The position numbers and the translations under genes are program-made. A stretch of DNA of 30,655 bases from Pedosphaera sp. GTDB taxonomy: Bacteria; Verrucomicrobiota; Verrucomicrobiia; Limisphaerales; SIBH01. The notes beneath the pieces were generated by a model that saw only the letters and a program-made list of their open reading frames with translations, did not search any database and had not been told where the DNA came from. Location of the stretch: assembly GCA_031414955.1 (NCBI GenBank), contig JANOQV010000033.1, positions 1 through 30,655 of the forward strand. The letters are read 5' to 3'. Below are positions 16,896-26,365 of the stretch, piece after piece. How positions within the stretch are numbered: position 1 is the stretch's first letter; each line of letters opens with the position of its first letter.

Positions 16896-18308
16896 ATGCC
16901 ATTGCCGATTCTGACCGTAGCGCAGATGCGCGCCTGGGAGCGAGCGACCTGGGCCTCAGGCCAGACCGAGGCCGCAGTCATTGGCCGGGTGGGTGAACAC
17001 CTGGCGGGGTACGCCTGCGCTCTCACGCGGCCCGGAGATTCGATCCTGATTCTCGCCGGTCGCGGTCATAACGGCGACGACGCGCGCTCCATGCTAAAGT
17101 TTCTCGCCGGTCGCTCGGTGACCATGCTTTCCATCGCCGACGTGGCGGCTCTGGCGGCACTTCCCGGCGCGCTCGTCCACCGGCCGGCGCTGATCGTGGA
17201 CGGCGTGTTCGGCCTTGGCCTGAGCCGGGATCTGGATGCCGGCTGGCAAGCGATGATCCGGCTGGTCAACGCAGCTCGGCGACCGTTACTGGCCATTGAT
17301 GTGCCCTCGGGACTCGATGCGGAAAGCGGTCGGCCTCGGCCCGAGGCCATGCGCGCCAGCGTCACCGTGACGGTGGGCGCGCCCAAGCGCGGTCTGCTCG
17401 CCCCCGCCGCCACGGAGTTTGTCGGTCGCCTGGCAGTTGCAGCGGACGTCGGTCTCGTGGCCTGCCCGGAGCAGTCTGAACTTCAGTGGACGATGGGGGG
17501 GGATTTTGAGGGGTTTCCTGCTCCCCGAAGGTCGGGCGCACACAAGGGAACATTCGGGCATCTGGCCATTGTGGCGGGCAGTCCTGGCTATCACGGCGCG
17601 GCGGTGCTCGCGGCCCGCGGCGCGCAGCGCGCCCGCCCCGGACTCATCACACTTTTCACCCAGCGCGAAACGTACGCGCCGGTTGCAGCGCAGTTGCAGT
17701 CGGTGATGGTGAATTCATGGGCGGGCGAGTTGGAGCCGGCCAGATTCACGGCGGCGTTATTTGGGCCGGGGCTGGCGGCGGCGAATCTCCCCTCGTCGTT
17801 GCGGGTCGCATTCGTTTCCGCCTGGGCCCAGTTCCCCGGTCCAGTGGTGGTCGATGCGAGCGCATTGGACTGGTTGGAGCCGGAGGTGGTCACCGTTGGA
17901 GAGCGCGTGATCACGCCGCATCCCGGCGAGGCGGCGCGTTTGCTGGGGTGTTCGACGGCCGAAGTTCAATGTGATCGGCCAGGTGCGGTTCGCGAATTGT
18001 CGCGGCGTTTTGGGGCCTGCTGGGTGGTGTTGAAAGGGCAGCACACTTTAATCGGGCGGGAGTCGGGCGAAATGTTTGTGAACAGTTCCGGCAACCCGGG
18101 ACTGGCGCAGGGGGGGAGCGGGGACGTGCTGGCCGGTTTCCTCGCCGGCTGGCTGGCGCAACCGGAGTTGCGGGAAGATCTGCTGACCGCATTGCGTTAC
18201 GCCGTCTGGGAGCACGGCACCGCAGCGGATCGGTTGAGCGCACGGCGCGAGAACTGGATTATTGAGGCTCTGGCCGGTGAGCTTGGACGGGGCGAGGCGT
18301 GGCCGTGA
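16896..18308 (+). CDS. nnr: Bifunctional NAD(P)H-hydrate epimerase/dehydratase
   Basis: LTVAQMRAWE, GRGHNGDD, IVDGVFGLG, AIDVPSG, HKGTFG, GPGL, VVDASAL, ITPHPGEAARLL and GGSGDVLAG motifs. Confidence 0.95.
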   Translation: MPLPILTVAQMRAWERATWASGQTEAAVIGRVGEHLAGYACALTRPGDSILILAGRGHNGDDARSMLKFLAGRSVTMLSIADVAALAALPGALVHRPALIVDGVFGLGLSRDLDAGWQAMIRLVNAARRPLLAIDVPSGLDAESGRPRPEAMRASVTVTVGAPKRGLLAPAATEFVGRLAVAADVGLVACPEQSELQWTMGGDFEGFPAPRRSGAHKGTFGHLAIVAGSPGYHGAAVLAARGAQRARPGLITLFTQRETYAPVAAQLQSVMVNSWAGELEPARFTAALFGPGLAAANLPSSLRVAFVSAWAQFPGPVVVDASALDWLEPEVVTVGERVITPHPGEAARLLGCSTAEVQCDRPGAVRELSRRFGACWVVLKGQHTLIGRESGEMFVNSSGNPGLAQGGSGDVLAGFLAGWLAQPELREDLLTALRYAVWEHGTAADRLSARRENWIIEALAGELGRGEAWP

Positions 18309-18445
18309 AGCGTGCCGGGCCAAGCGTCAGCGATCTTGTGTCCTTGTTCCGGCCCAACCAGAACCAGGCCTTGATCCGTTGCGGGATCGCGCGGATGGGA
18401 TTTTTCCTTCCGTTGCCCAAAGTGCTTTGTTATCCACTGCCAGCC

Positions 18446-19360
18446 ATGTTTTTGAGAAGTGTAGTGTGGATTCTTTGTCTGGCCTGTGGGCCGGTGATCG
18501 CCCAGCAGGCCTCGCAAACTTTCGAGTTTGCCGACGGCGGCAGCGTGGTCGGTCGCCTGGTGGTCCCGAAGGACACTCACCTCCAGGTCGCGCTCGAGTC
18601 GGTGGGCGAGACGCCGGTTTACACCAATATTCTCTGGGCGCGGCTTTCGCAAAAGACGTTGGAGCGGCTGGCCGGGGATCGGAGCGCCGGGCCGTTTGCC
18701 CGCATCTTTCTCGACTCGCCGGCACCGGAGCGTCCCGCCGCCAGGGTTAAAGCCATTAACATCAAGCCGCCGCCGCGTCTGGATCGTCCGCAGGGCGGGG
18801 GACTGTTCTCCTCGGGAGTCATGGTGGTGCTGATGCTGATCATTTATGCGGCCAATATTTACGCGGGTTGGGAAGTGGGCATCTTCCGCCAATGGCCCGC
18901 CGCGATGACGGCGGCGGTGGCGGCGTTTGTCCCGGTGCTCGGGCCGGTGATTTTTCTGGCCATGCCCACGCGTCGCCCGCATGTGGAGGAAGCATTTGTG
19001 GATGCCCCGTTGGTGGAGGAAGCGGCTCCGGTGGTGGAGGAAGTAGCGGCTCCGGTGGAAGAGCAGTCCGCGCAGCCCGCGCTGCCGCAGCCGGTGGTTT
19101 ATGCGCGCGGCCAGTTCACCTTCAACCGCCGTTTCTTCGAGACCAAGTTCGCTGGTTTCATGAAAATGGTGCCGGGCGAAGCCGAGCGCGACAAGGTGAT
19201 CCATATCAAGTCGGCGCGGGGAGAATACACCGGCCACCGCTTCAGCAAGGTTGAGCCGAACGAGGTTTACCTCCAGATCAAGAAGGGCTCGGTTTCCGAG
19301 GATGTGATGATGCCTTTCAGCGAAATTTTTGAAGTGACGATCAAGCACAAGGACACCTGA
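18446..19360 (+). CDS. Hypothetical membrane protein
   Basis: Signal-like N-terminus, two central TM segments, an acidic low-complexity linker (VEEAAPVVEEVAAPVEE) and a globular C-terminus; lies in the nnr-adk-fmt run. Confidence 0.8.
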   Translation: MFLRSVVWILCLACGPVIAQQASQTFEFADGGSVVGRLVVPKDTHLQVALESVGETPVYTNILWARLSQKTLERLAGDRSAGPFARIFLDSPAPERPAARVKAINIKPPPRLDRPQGGGLFSSGVMVVLMLIIYAANIYAGWEVGIFRQWPAAMTAAVAAFVPVLGPVIFLAMPTRRPHVEEAFVDAPLVEEAAPVVEEVAAPVEEQSAQPALPQPVVYARGQFTFNRRFFETKFAGFMKMVPGEAERDKVIHIKSARGEYTGHRFSKVEPNEVYLQIKKGSVSEDVMMPFSEIFEVTIKHKDT

Positions 19361-19399
19361 GCCGGCGCGGTTTGCGATTCGCCGGCGAAAACAACCAGC

Positions 19400-19993
19400 A
19401 TGAAATACCGCACCGTCTTGCTTTTCGGCGCCCCAGGATCAGGCAAGGGCACGCAGGGGAAAATTCTCGGCACCATTCCCGGCTTCTTCCACTTTGCCTG
19501 CGGCGATGCTTTTCGGAATCTTCGCATCACGGATCCCCTGGGCCGGCTGTTCATCGAGTATTCGAGCCAGGGCCAGCTCGTGCCGGATGAGCCGACCATC
19601 GACCTCTGGCGGCGCAACATCGAGGCCAGCACGGTGAACCGCACTTTTGACCCGGAGCACGATACGCTCATCCTGGATGGCATTCCGCGGAATGCGCGTC
19701 AGGCCGAGATTCTAAAAGACACTTTGGACGTGAAGGTGCTACTGCATCTCACTTGCACGGATTTGAACAAGATGGTCTCGCGCCTCCAGCGGCGCGCGCT
19801 GCGGGAGAACCGGCTTGATGATGCGAACCTCGACATCATCCGCCAGCGGCTGGCGACCTATGAGGGCGAGACCAAGCAGGTGCTTGATTTCTATGGGCCG
19901 GCCTTGGTGCGTGACATCAACTCCACCCAGCGGCCGGTCAAAGTCCTGCGCGAGATTCTCGAGACCTTCGCTCAGATTGGTTTGGGAGAGTGA
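19400..19993 (+). CDS. adk: Adenylate kinase family nucleoside monophosphate kinase (short, LID-less type)
   Basis: P-loop GAPGSGKGTQG, GQLVPDE, ILDGIPRN and RRALRENRLDD motifs. Confidence 0.9.
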   Translation: MKYRTVLLFGAPGSGKGTQGKILGTIPGFFHFACGDAFRNLRITDPLGRLFIEYSSQGQLVPDEPTIDLWRRNIEASTVNRTFDPEHDTLILDGIPRNARQAEILKDTLDVKVLLHLTCTDLNKMVSRLQRRALRENRLDDANLDIIRQRLATYEGETKQVLDFYGPALVRDINSTQRPVKVLREILETFAQIGLGE

Positions 19994-20961
19994 GTGTGGA
20001 ACCCGCCACGCCCGCCGCCTGTTCGGTGGTCTTCATGGGCACTCCACCTCTGGCCGCGACGGTGCTGGCTGCCTTGCTGGCCGGGAAGAATTTGAACCTC
20101 CTGGCTGTCGTCACCCAGCCAGACCAGCCGCGCGGACGAGAGATGAAACTCCAGCCCTCGGCGGTGAAGGAGTTCGCACTGAACCGAGGCTTTCCCGTGC
20201 TCCAGCCGGAGAGCGCGCGGGATCCCCATTTTGTTGATCAGGTGCGCGCCCTGCGGCCGGATCTGATCGTGGTGGCCGCCTACGGACAGATTCTCCCCCA
20301 GGCTTTGCTCGACGTGCCGCGTTGGGGTTGTTTGAACCTGCATACCTCGTTGCTTCCGAAGTATCGCGGCGCGGCGCCCATCCAGTGGGCCATTCTCAAT
20401 GGTGATCCCGAAACGGGCGTGACCATTATGAAGATGGAGGCCGGTCTCGACACCGGGGCCGTGGTCAGCGAGGAGCGCACCCCGATCACGGTCGCGGACA
20501 ACGCTCAGACCTTGCACGATCGGCTGGCGCGAATTGGGGGCGCGTTGTTGTTGCGCACGCTGCCGGGTTTCATCGCTGGGAAGATTGTGCCCCAACCGCA
20601 GCCGGCCGAAGGAGCAAGCTACGCCCGCAAGATTCAGAAGGAGGATGGCCGCCTCGACTGGTCGCTCCCGGCGCGCGCGCTGTGGAATCGCGTGCGCGGT
20701 CTGACCCCGTGGCCGGGCACGTTCACTTTCCTATCCCGCAGTTCCGGCCCGATCCTGCTCAAAGTGTGGAGCGCGGAGGTTGCTGGATCCGTGAGTCACG
20801 CGCCGGGGGAGATTGTTTCCGCTGAGAACGAGGGTGTGGTGGTGGCGTGTGGTGAAGGTTCATTGCGTCTTTTAGAATTGCAGCGCGAAGGCGGCAAACG
20901 GCTGCCGGTGCAGGCTTTTCTGGCGGGGTTTCCGCTGCGGGCGGGGGAGGGTTTGAAGTAG
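19990..20961 (+). CDS. fmt: Methionyl-tRNA formyltransferase
   Basis: VVFMGTP, VVTQPDQPRGR, VAAYGQILP, NLHTSLLPKYRGAAPIQWAI, GLDTG and LQREGGKRL motifs. Confidence 0.97.
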   Translation: MSVEPATPAACSVVFMGTPPLAATVLAALLAGKNLNLLAVVTQPDQPRGREMKLQPSAVKEFALNRGFPVLQPESARDPHFVDQVRALRPDLIVVAAYGQILPQALLDVPRWGCLNLHTSLLPKYRGAAPIQWAILNGDPETGVTIMKMEAGLDTGAVVSEERTPITVADNAQTLHDRLARIGGALLLRTLPGFIAGKIVPQPQPAEGASYARKIQKEDGRLDWSLPARALWNRVRGLTPWPGTFTFLSRSSGPILLKVWSAEVAGSVSHAPGEIVSAENEGVVVACGEGSLRLLELQREGGKRLPVQAFLAGFPLRAGEGLK

Positions 20962-20983
20962 TTGGGGCACCACCGTGCCGTGC

Positions 20984-21832
20984 TCAGGTGCTTTTCACGT
21001 TGGCCGCTTCCGAACTTCGCACATGGCGCAGTTGCCGTTTCCGGGCCGGGCCGGCGAGCATGAGTGCCAGTCGGATCAACTTTTTGTCCTCCTCCGTCAG
21101 CCGCTTGTGGTTCACGTAGGTGAGAAAGAAACGCAGCCGATCTGTACGGCGGAAGTATGAAACGGCGGGGGCGTCGAGCGCGGCCAAATCCACGGCCCGG
21201 CCCCGCATCGGATCTTTCCAAAGAGAGCCGCGCGGCACGTCGAGCATGTAAATACTATCCAGCTTCCCTTCGGCCAGCACGATGTTGCGCCAGAAGAAAT
21301 CGCGGTGGCAGAAGCGGTGTGCATGTAACTGTCGCGTCACCTCCGCCAGTCGGTGAATCAGTTCCCGCCGCAAGCGGCGCTGCTCTGGCGGCGGAAGGCT
21401 GGGCAGATGGTCGCGGATGAACAGATCCAGTCCCACCGGATCCGGCACGCCCTCGGTCAGCAGGCTGGAACGCGTCAGCCAGGCGAAGCGCCGTTCCTCG
21501 CTGTAAGCCACGGGCGCGGGCGCGTTCAAACCCCAGGCGCGCAATTGTTGCAGATTCTCAAACTCGCGCCGCACGCGCGTGATGCCGAAGACGGTGCCGC
21601 AGAAGATGCGGTGGCGAAACTGCGCGCGGGTCGCAATCCACTGCTTTTTGAGGAAGAGCGTGCGGGTTGGCCCGCTGCCGTTCAGTTCCAGGCGGATTAC
21701 TTCGGAACCCGTTCCTTGGCGCACCACCACGCCTTCGCGGCAGGAGTGGAACGCTGAGGTGCTGAACAACGCATGTAACCGCAACAAGGATTCCCATCCA
21801 GGCTGCGCGAAAACATGGTCGCCATGAAGCAT
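20984..21832 (-). CDS. Lipopolysaccharide kinase (Kdo/WaaP/InaA family)
   Basis: LFLKK, RREFENLQQL, APAPVAY, LHAHRFCHRDFFWRNIV, YMLD, DLAALD and TDRLRFFLTY motifs. Confidence 0.9.
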   Translation of the reverse strand: MLHGDHVFAQPGWESLLRLHALFSTSAFHSCREGVVVRQGTGSEVIRLELNGSGPTRTLFLKKQWIATRAQFRHRIFCGTVFGITRVRREFENLQQLRAWGLNAPAPVAYSEERRFAWLTRSSLLTEGVPDPVGLDLFIRDHLPSLPPPEQRRLRRELIHRLAEVTRQLHAHRFCHRDFFWRNIVLAEGKLDSIYMLDVPRGSLWKDPMRGRAVDLAALDAPAVSYFRRTDRLRFFLTYVNHKRLTEEDKKLIRLALMLAGPARKRQLRHVRSSEAANVKST

Positions 21833-22043
21833 CGGTTTCAGGCTAGACAAGACGCTCCGCCCAGACCAGCAATTCGGCCGGGCAATTTTACCCGCGCTCA
21901 GGCGCTGGACTTATCCCTGTGCATTGACCGCAGCGGGGTGCCGGCCGCCTGGTTAAAGATCAGAAGGCCCGGTGTCGGAACTCATCGCGCGGGGCAAATC
22001 ATATCCCAACAACCTCGGCCAACCACCGTATCGAGGGGGAGGC

Positions 22044-22059
22044 GTGACGAAATCGTCAC
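22044..22059. promoter_or_regulatory. Perfect dyad GTGACGA-AA-TCGTCAC, possible operator or hairpin
   Basis: 7-bp inverted repeat in the divergent intergenic region, 11 bp before a TTGACA hexamer (22071-22076). Confidence 0.4.
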
Positions 22060-22100
22060 CGACATAGGGTTTGACAACTCACGGTCAAAAAGAGCTTCAT

Positions 22101-22790
22101 ATGGCTACAGCCATGACAGATTTCCGCACAGCAAAGTCGCGAGGGTTTACCCTCGTGGAGTTGCTTGTCGTCATCGCCATCATCGCCATCCTTGCCGCGC
22201 TCCTGCTGCCGGCGCTTTCCGGGGTCAAGCAGAAGGGCAAAGGCGCTGAGTGCATCAGCAACCATCGTCAGATTGGGGTGGGAATGCGCGTCTGGTCCGG
22301 AGACAACGAGGAAAAGTTTCCCTGGGCCGTGGCCATGCCCCGCGGCGGAAGCCTGGGTTCAATTGACTGGACTGACAACTATCGCGTCGCCTCGAACGAA
22401 CTGGTCACGCCGAAAATTTTGTTTTGTCCGACGGACAAGGAAAAAAAACAACACGCCTCCTGGGGGACCTTGGATGCGGAGTGGCACGTCAGCTCCTTTG
22501 TCGGATTGGATGCGACGGAAAGCAAACCCCAGAGCATTCTCGCCGGGGACCGGAGCATCTACGGAAGTAGCGGCGGAGGGGACTTGATCTGGAACAAATA
22601 TCAGGAGGCTTCCATCAATGCGAAGTTCGACGGTGGAATGATGCACGGTGGTCACGGCTACATCGTCCTGGCCGATGCCAGCGTTCAGCATGTGAACAGC
22701 GCTCAGTTGCAGGAATACATTGCCGCTTCGCTGGCGGTCGGAGACACCAATGCCAGCGTCATCCTCTCCCTGCCGCGCGGTATTCCGTGA
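22101..22790 (+). CDS. Prepilin-type N-terminal cleavage/methylation protein (PVC-type, H-X9-DG-like C-terminus)
   Basis: [42 protein letters not shown] and [14 protein letters not shown]. Confidence 0.93.
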   Translation: MATAMTDFRTAKSRGFTLVELLVVIAIIAILAALLLPALSGVKQKGKGAECISNHRQIGVGMRVWSGDNEEKFPWAVAMPRGGSLGSIDWTDNYRVASNELVTPKILFCPTDKEKKQHASWGTLDAEWHVSSFVGLDATESKPQSILAGDRSIYGSSGGGDLIWNKYQEASINAKFDGGMMHGGHGYIVLADASVQHVNSAQLQEYIAASLAVGDTNASVILSLPRGIP

Positions 22791-22863
22791 CGCTTCGCGG
22801 TTCATCCTCCTTTCGGTTCCCCCGGTCATAGACATTGCTTGTCGCCTCCTGGCGCAAAGCTCG

Positions 22864-25653
22864 CTAATCCCGCAAGCGGTAGAAACTCGAGCCGCCGGAG
22901 TTGGTGAGGCCGAGCGGGCTGGAACGGCCGGGGCCGGGCAGATCCGCCCACGAGCCGGGTTCGGTGAGGTTGGTGCAGTATTGCAGGGTCAGGTATTCGC
23001 CCGGCCAGGAAATGTACGTGACGCCATTTGAGGCCGTCACTTTCAGCGCCGTCTCGCCCGCCGTGGCTCGCACCAGACCGAGCATGGAGCCAAACACGAT
23101 GTCTGAGCTGGTGGCATTGCGTTGATGCACTTCGACCGCAAGGAAGTTGTCGCCGACCGTGGTCACATTTGTCATCCAGCCCCCCCCGAGGCGGAACACA
23201 TCCGGCACATCCTTGGTCGCCTCGCAATTGTTCAACGGGCAGGCGTTGGCGTAGGTGGCGTAGGAGATCGGCCCGGTGGGCATCCGCACGCGCTGGATCT
23301 CCACGCCGTTCAGATAAAACACCGCTCCGTCGTCGATGAAATTGGTCACGAGCAGAGCCAGTCCGCCCACTGGATTGGTTACCGAGAAAGCGGTGCGGAA
23401 GTAATAGGTGGGGTAAGGCAGGCCGTTGCTTCCCTCCGGCAATGGCGTGGTGCGTGGCCCGACCGCCGCGTTGTCCTCGACGTGGAGCAGGGCCGGCCCC
23501 TCGCCCAGCCATTCGGTGTCGTCGTATTCGGGAGCGGTCCAGTTCACTCCGTCGAGGTTGTTGGTTGTGAACTTCCAGGTGTTGCTAAAGGTGAGCACCG
23601 GCTGGTGGAACGGCACGGTGCTGAAGGTGCCGTCGAACACCAACTCATTCGTGCCGGCCAGCGAGACGAGGCGGTAATAGTATTGGGTCCGGGGGGCGAG
23701 ATTGGTGAGAGCCACGGCGTGTTGACTCACCGGATTTGCGTCCAGCGAGCTGGAATTCCCCAGGAGCGGCGTCAGGCCGTAGAGCACTTCGGTGGTCGAG
23801 TTGGAAAGCGTAGTCCAGGTGAGGACGGCAGTGGTCTCGCCCGGCAGCACGACGATGTTGGTGAAGAAGGGCGGCAGTTGGGGCGGGGGCGACAGGGTGT
23901 AGAAGAGCGCGGATTCAAAGACGACATCCCGACTCATGAGAGCCGCATTGTGGGCTTCAACCGCAAGGTGGTTGGTGCCGGCGAGGAGGTTGGTCATCAG
24001 GTCGCCGTTGATGGTGAAGACGATGGGGCAGGAGGCGTTGCCGGCATTCGGCCCGCCGGGGCAAGTGATGCCCAAGGCGTAGCTGCCGTTGGTGATGACG
24101 GCCGGAGCCGCCGCCATGTTAAGGCGATAAACCTCGACGCCGTTGAGGTAAAACACCGCGCCATCGTCGAGAAAGTTCGAGAAGATGAGCGAGGCTCCGT
24201 TGAGCATGGCCGGGTAATCGAACGTGGTCCGGAAGTAATAGGTTGGAAATGGATACGCCGTGGCCGGATTGAGCGGCATTCTTGTTGTGAGGTTGGGCAC
24301 GCCGCTGGTGGACGAATTGATCGAGCCGCCGTCGTGCGCCCACAGGGCCGCCAGTCCGTTCGACCAGCCGGTGTCGTTGTGAGCCGGAAGCTGCCAGTTC
24401 AGACCATCCAGATTGCCCGTGGTGTACTTCCAGGCGTTGGTCAGCGGGAAAATCATCCCGCCGGCAAAATTCGTGGTGCTGAAATGTTTCCCGTGGCACG
24501 CCGCGGAATGGAGGTCGCCCTCGGCGAGGGAGAGCACGCGGAAGAAGTAACGCGTGAGCGGCGACAGTCCGCTGAGGTTCACCGAGTGGACGGTCACCAG
24601 GTTTGTGTCGAGCGGGGTGAGCGTGCCGTAGTTCGTGGTCGTGCCGTATTCCACCTGGCTGCTGGCGTTGGACCAGGTGCTCCAGGTGATGGTGGCGGTC
24701 AGGCTGCCGGGTGCCGTTGCGACGTTATGGATGAACGATGGGACGGGCGGCGCGAACACTCCAAGATGCGAGCCGACACGACGCTCATAACCGAATCCTG
24801 GAACGTAGCTGGAGCGACCGAGCGGGACCGGATCGCCCGCACAATCCGCCTTGTACATGGCCGCCGAACCGCCGCCATCCATATTCACCCCATCCCAGCC
24901 GCCCAAAGCCAGCAACCACATCCCGCTCTCCGCATCGCTGGCGCTTTCGCTGTAGCCGGGTTGCCGTCCATCGATCACCATCATGAACAAGTATCGCCGG
25001 TCCTGCGACAGGCCGTAGATCGTTCTGGGATGGAGGTTATGAATGGTGTCATCCGGATAAAGCGTCGCGAGCGCGCTGCCCAAAACGACGCCATTGGTCA
25101 GCACGGGATAGTAGCCGCTCACCGCCGTGTAGATGCCGGCGGTATTGGTGCCGGGCGGCGCGTTGGAGAGGACCATGAAGGCCTCCTTGTTCGTCGTGAA
25201 CAACAGGGACACGTAGCGGTTATTGCTGTCCGGTCCGTAGTCGGGAACGGAAACGGTTTGCCCCGCACTGATGGCGAGACCGTAAACCTGGCAGGGAATT
25301 CCTTCCGCATTTGGGTCTGGTCCCTGCACGCTGGTGTAGAAATTCGCCACGGCGGCGACCTGCACGCCGTATTGCTTCACGAAATTGCTCACGCTCAACG
25401 ACGCCGTCTCGCGCGATTCCGCCAGATAGTTCGTGATCCGCGGGGTGCTGAACAACTGCACGTCCGGGTCGGTCAGGTCGATGCGCACACAGTTCACGAC
25501 TTGCAGACGCGGGATGGTGCCGTCGGGAAAATTGGTGCCGAGGGCATGTTCCACGCCTTTGAACAGCGGAGTCCACGGCGTGATCACCATGTGCGCCCCG
25601 GCCCACGCCGACGAGAGGGCGAGGACGCCTGCGCAGAGCCAGACCCGTGTCAT
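22864..25653 (-). CDS. Secreted phosphodiester glycosidase (NAGPA-like) protein with two Fn3-like + beta-sandwich modules
   Basis: Signal peptide; HPRTIYG, MVIDGRQPGYS and NMDGGGS motifs. Duplicated ATITWST...HSVNLSGLSPLTRYFFRV and WKYT...YYFRTTF...DDGAVFYLNGVE...NHLAVEAH modules. C-terminal LSW...LQ...W...FYRL tail. Confidence 0.88.
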   Translation of the reverse strand: MTRVWLCAGVLALSSAWAGAHMVITPWTPLFKGVEHALGTNFPDGTIPRLQVVNCVRIDLTDPDVQLFSTPRITNYLAESRETASLSVSNFVKQYGVQVAAVANFYTSVQGPDPNAEGIPCQVYGLAISAGQTVSVPDYGPDSNNRYVSLLFTTNKEAFMVLSNAPPGTNTAGIYTAVSGYYPVLTNGVVLGSALATLYPDDTIHNLHPRTIYGLSQDRRYLFMMVIDGRQPGYSESASDAESGMWLLALGGWDGVNMDGGGSAAMYKADCAGDPVPLGRSSYVPGFGYERRVGSHLGVFAPPVPSFIHNVATAPGSLTATITWSTWSNASSQVEYGTTTNYGTLTPLDTNLVTVHSVNLSGLSPLTRYFFRVLSLAEGDLHSAACHGKHFSTTNFAGGMIFPLTNAWKYTTGNLDGLNWQLPAHNDTGWSNGLAALWAHDGGSINSSTSGVPNLTTRMPLNPATAYPFPTYYFRTTFDYPAMLNGASLIFSNFLDDGAVFYLNGVEVYRLNMAAAPAVITNGSYALGITCPGGPNAGNASCPIVFTINGDLMTNLLAGTNHLAVEAHNAALMSRDVVFESALFYTLSPPPQLPPFFTNIVVLPGETTAVLTWTTLSNSTTEVLYGLTPLLGNSSSLDANPVSQHAVALTNLAPRTQYYYRLVSLAGTNELVFDGTFSTVPFHQPVLTFSNTWKFTTNNLDGVNWTAPEYDDTEWLGEGPALLHVEDNAAVGPRTTPLPEGSNGLPYPTYYFRTAFSVTNPVGGLALLVTNFIDDGAVFYLNGVEIQRVRMPTGPISYATYANACPLNNCEATKDVPDVFRLGGGWMTNVTTVGDNFLAVEVHQRNATSSDIVFGSMLGLVRATAGETALKVTASNGVTYISWPGEYLTLQYCTNLTEPGSWADLPGPGRSSPLGLTNSGGSSFYRLRD

Positions 25654-25663
25654 GATGTTTGTC

Positions 25664-26362
25664 CTAATTCCCACTGTACTTGTAACCATACCCCGGAATC
25701 GGGTCGCGCGTGTAAGCGGCGTTGATGCCGTCGTAGTAAATCGGAATCAGTTCCACCCGGCCATCCACGAATCCGACCACGCTCTCTGCATCGTTGTAGA
25801 ACGGGCGGTTCTTCGCTCCGGTGCGGCTGCGATGCCATGAGAGAGGCGCGTGCGCCGTCCATTCCATCACCAGCAGGGTGCGGCCTGGTTCCTGGATCGT
25901 TCCGAAACTCCGTCCGGAAATATTGGGCAGTCCCGGCAGGTTTACGCCGTTATAGGTGTAGCTGTTGAAGTCCGACTTCTCGCTCAGGCGGAAGGGTTTG
26001 CCGTCGTCATAACCGCGATCGGATGGGCAGGCGAAAACCTTGTCCGCTGCCGAGGAGCGTCCGCGCAGGCCGAGGTTCACCTTGACCTGCTCCTTGTACC
26101 ACCACCAATGGGGCTTGGTGACGCCCGGCTCCGGTTCCGGCAATCGCTCGCCGTTATCCATCGTGTAGGTGAGTATGGCTTGGCTGACTTGCTGGAGGCG
26201 CTCCCGGCACTGCGTCAGGCGATGGCGATTGCGAGTGTGGGTCCACGCGGTCAGCGCGAGGGTGATGAGCACTACCACCACGGCCAGCACCACCAGCAGA
26301 TCGGCAAAGCTAAATGCGTGCGCCGGTCGCCGGGCCTCGGAATCTTGAGCCTGAACACGCAT
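25664..26362 (-). CDS. Prepilin-like protein with atypical cleavage motif
   Basis: HA/FSFADLLVVLAVVVVL, CRERLQQV, VFACPSD and SWH...VGFVDGRVE. Confidence 0.85.
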   Translation of the reverse strand: MRVQAQDSEARRPAHAFSFADLLVVLAVVVVLITLALTAWTHTRNRHRLTQCRERLQQVSQAILTYTMDNGERLPEPEPGVTKPHWWWYKEQVKVNLGLRGRSSAADKVFACPSDRGYDDGKPFRLSEKSDFNSYTYNGVNLPGLPNISGRSFGTIQEPGRTLLVMEWTAHAPLSWHRSRTGAKNRPFYNDAESVVGFVDGRVELIPIYYDGINAAYTRDPIPGYGYKYSGN

Positions 26363-26365
26363 ACT

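Noticed and set aside
19012..19063. Short tandem repeat GGTGGAGGAAG..GCGGCTCC
   Set aside because: It encodes a low-complexity VEEAAP linker within a CDS; it is not CRISPR or a mobile repeat.
21985..22045. c-di-GMP-I riboswitch (GGGCAAA...)
   Set aside because: It lacks the GNRA-capped P2 stem and tetraloop-receptor pattern.
23122..25725. 867-aa plus-strand ORF
   Set aside because: Antisense shadow of the minus-strand glycosidase gene in GC-rich DNA, with no recognisable motifs. The same applies to most other overlapping ORFs in the track.
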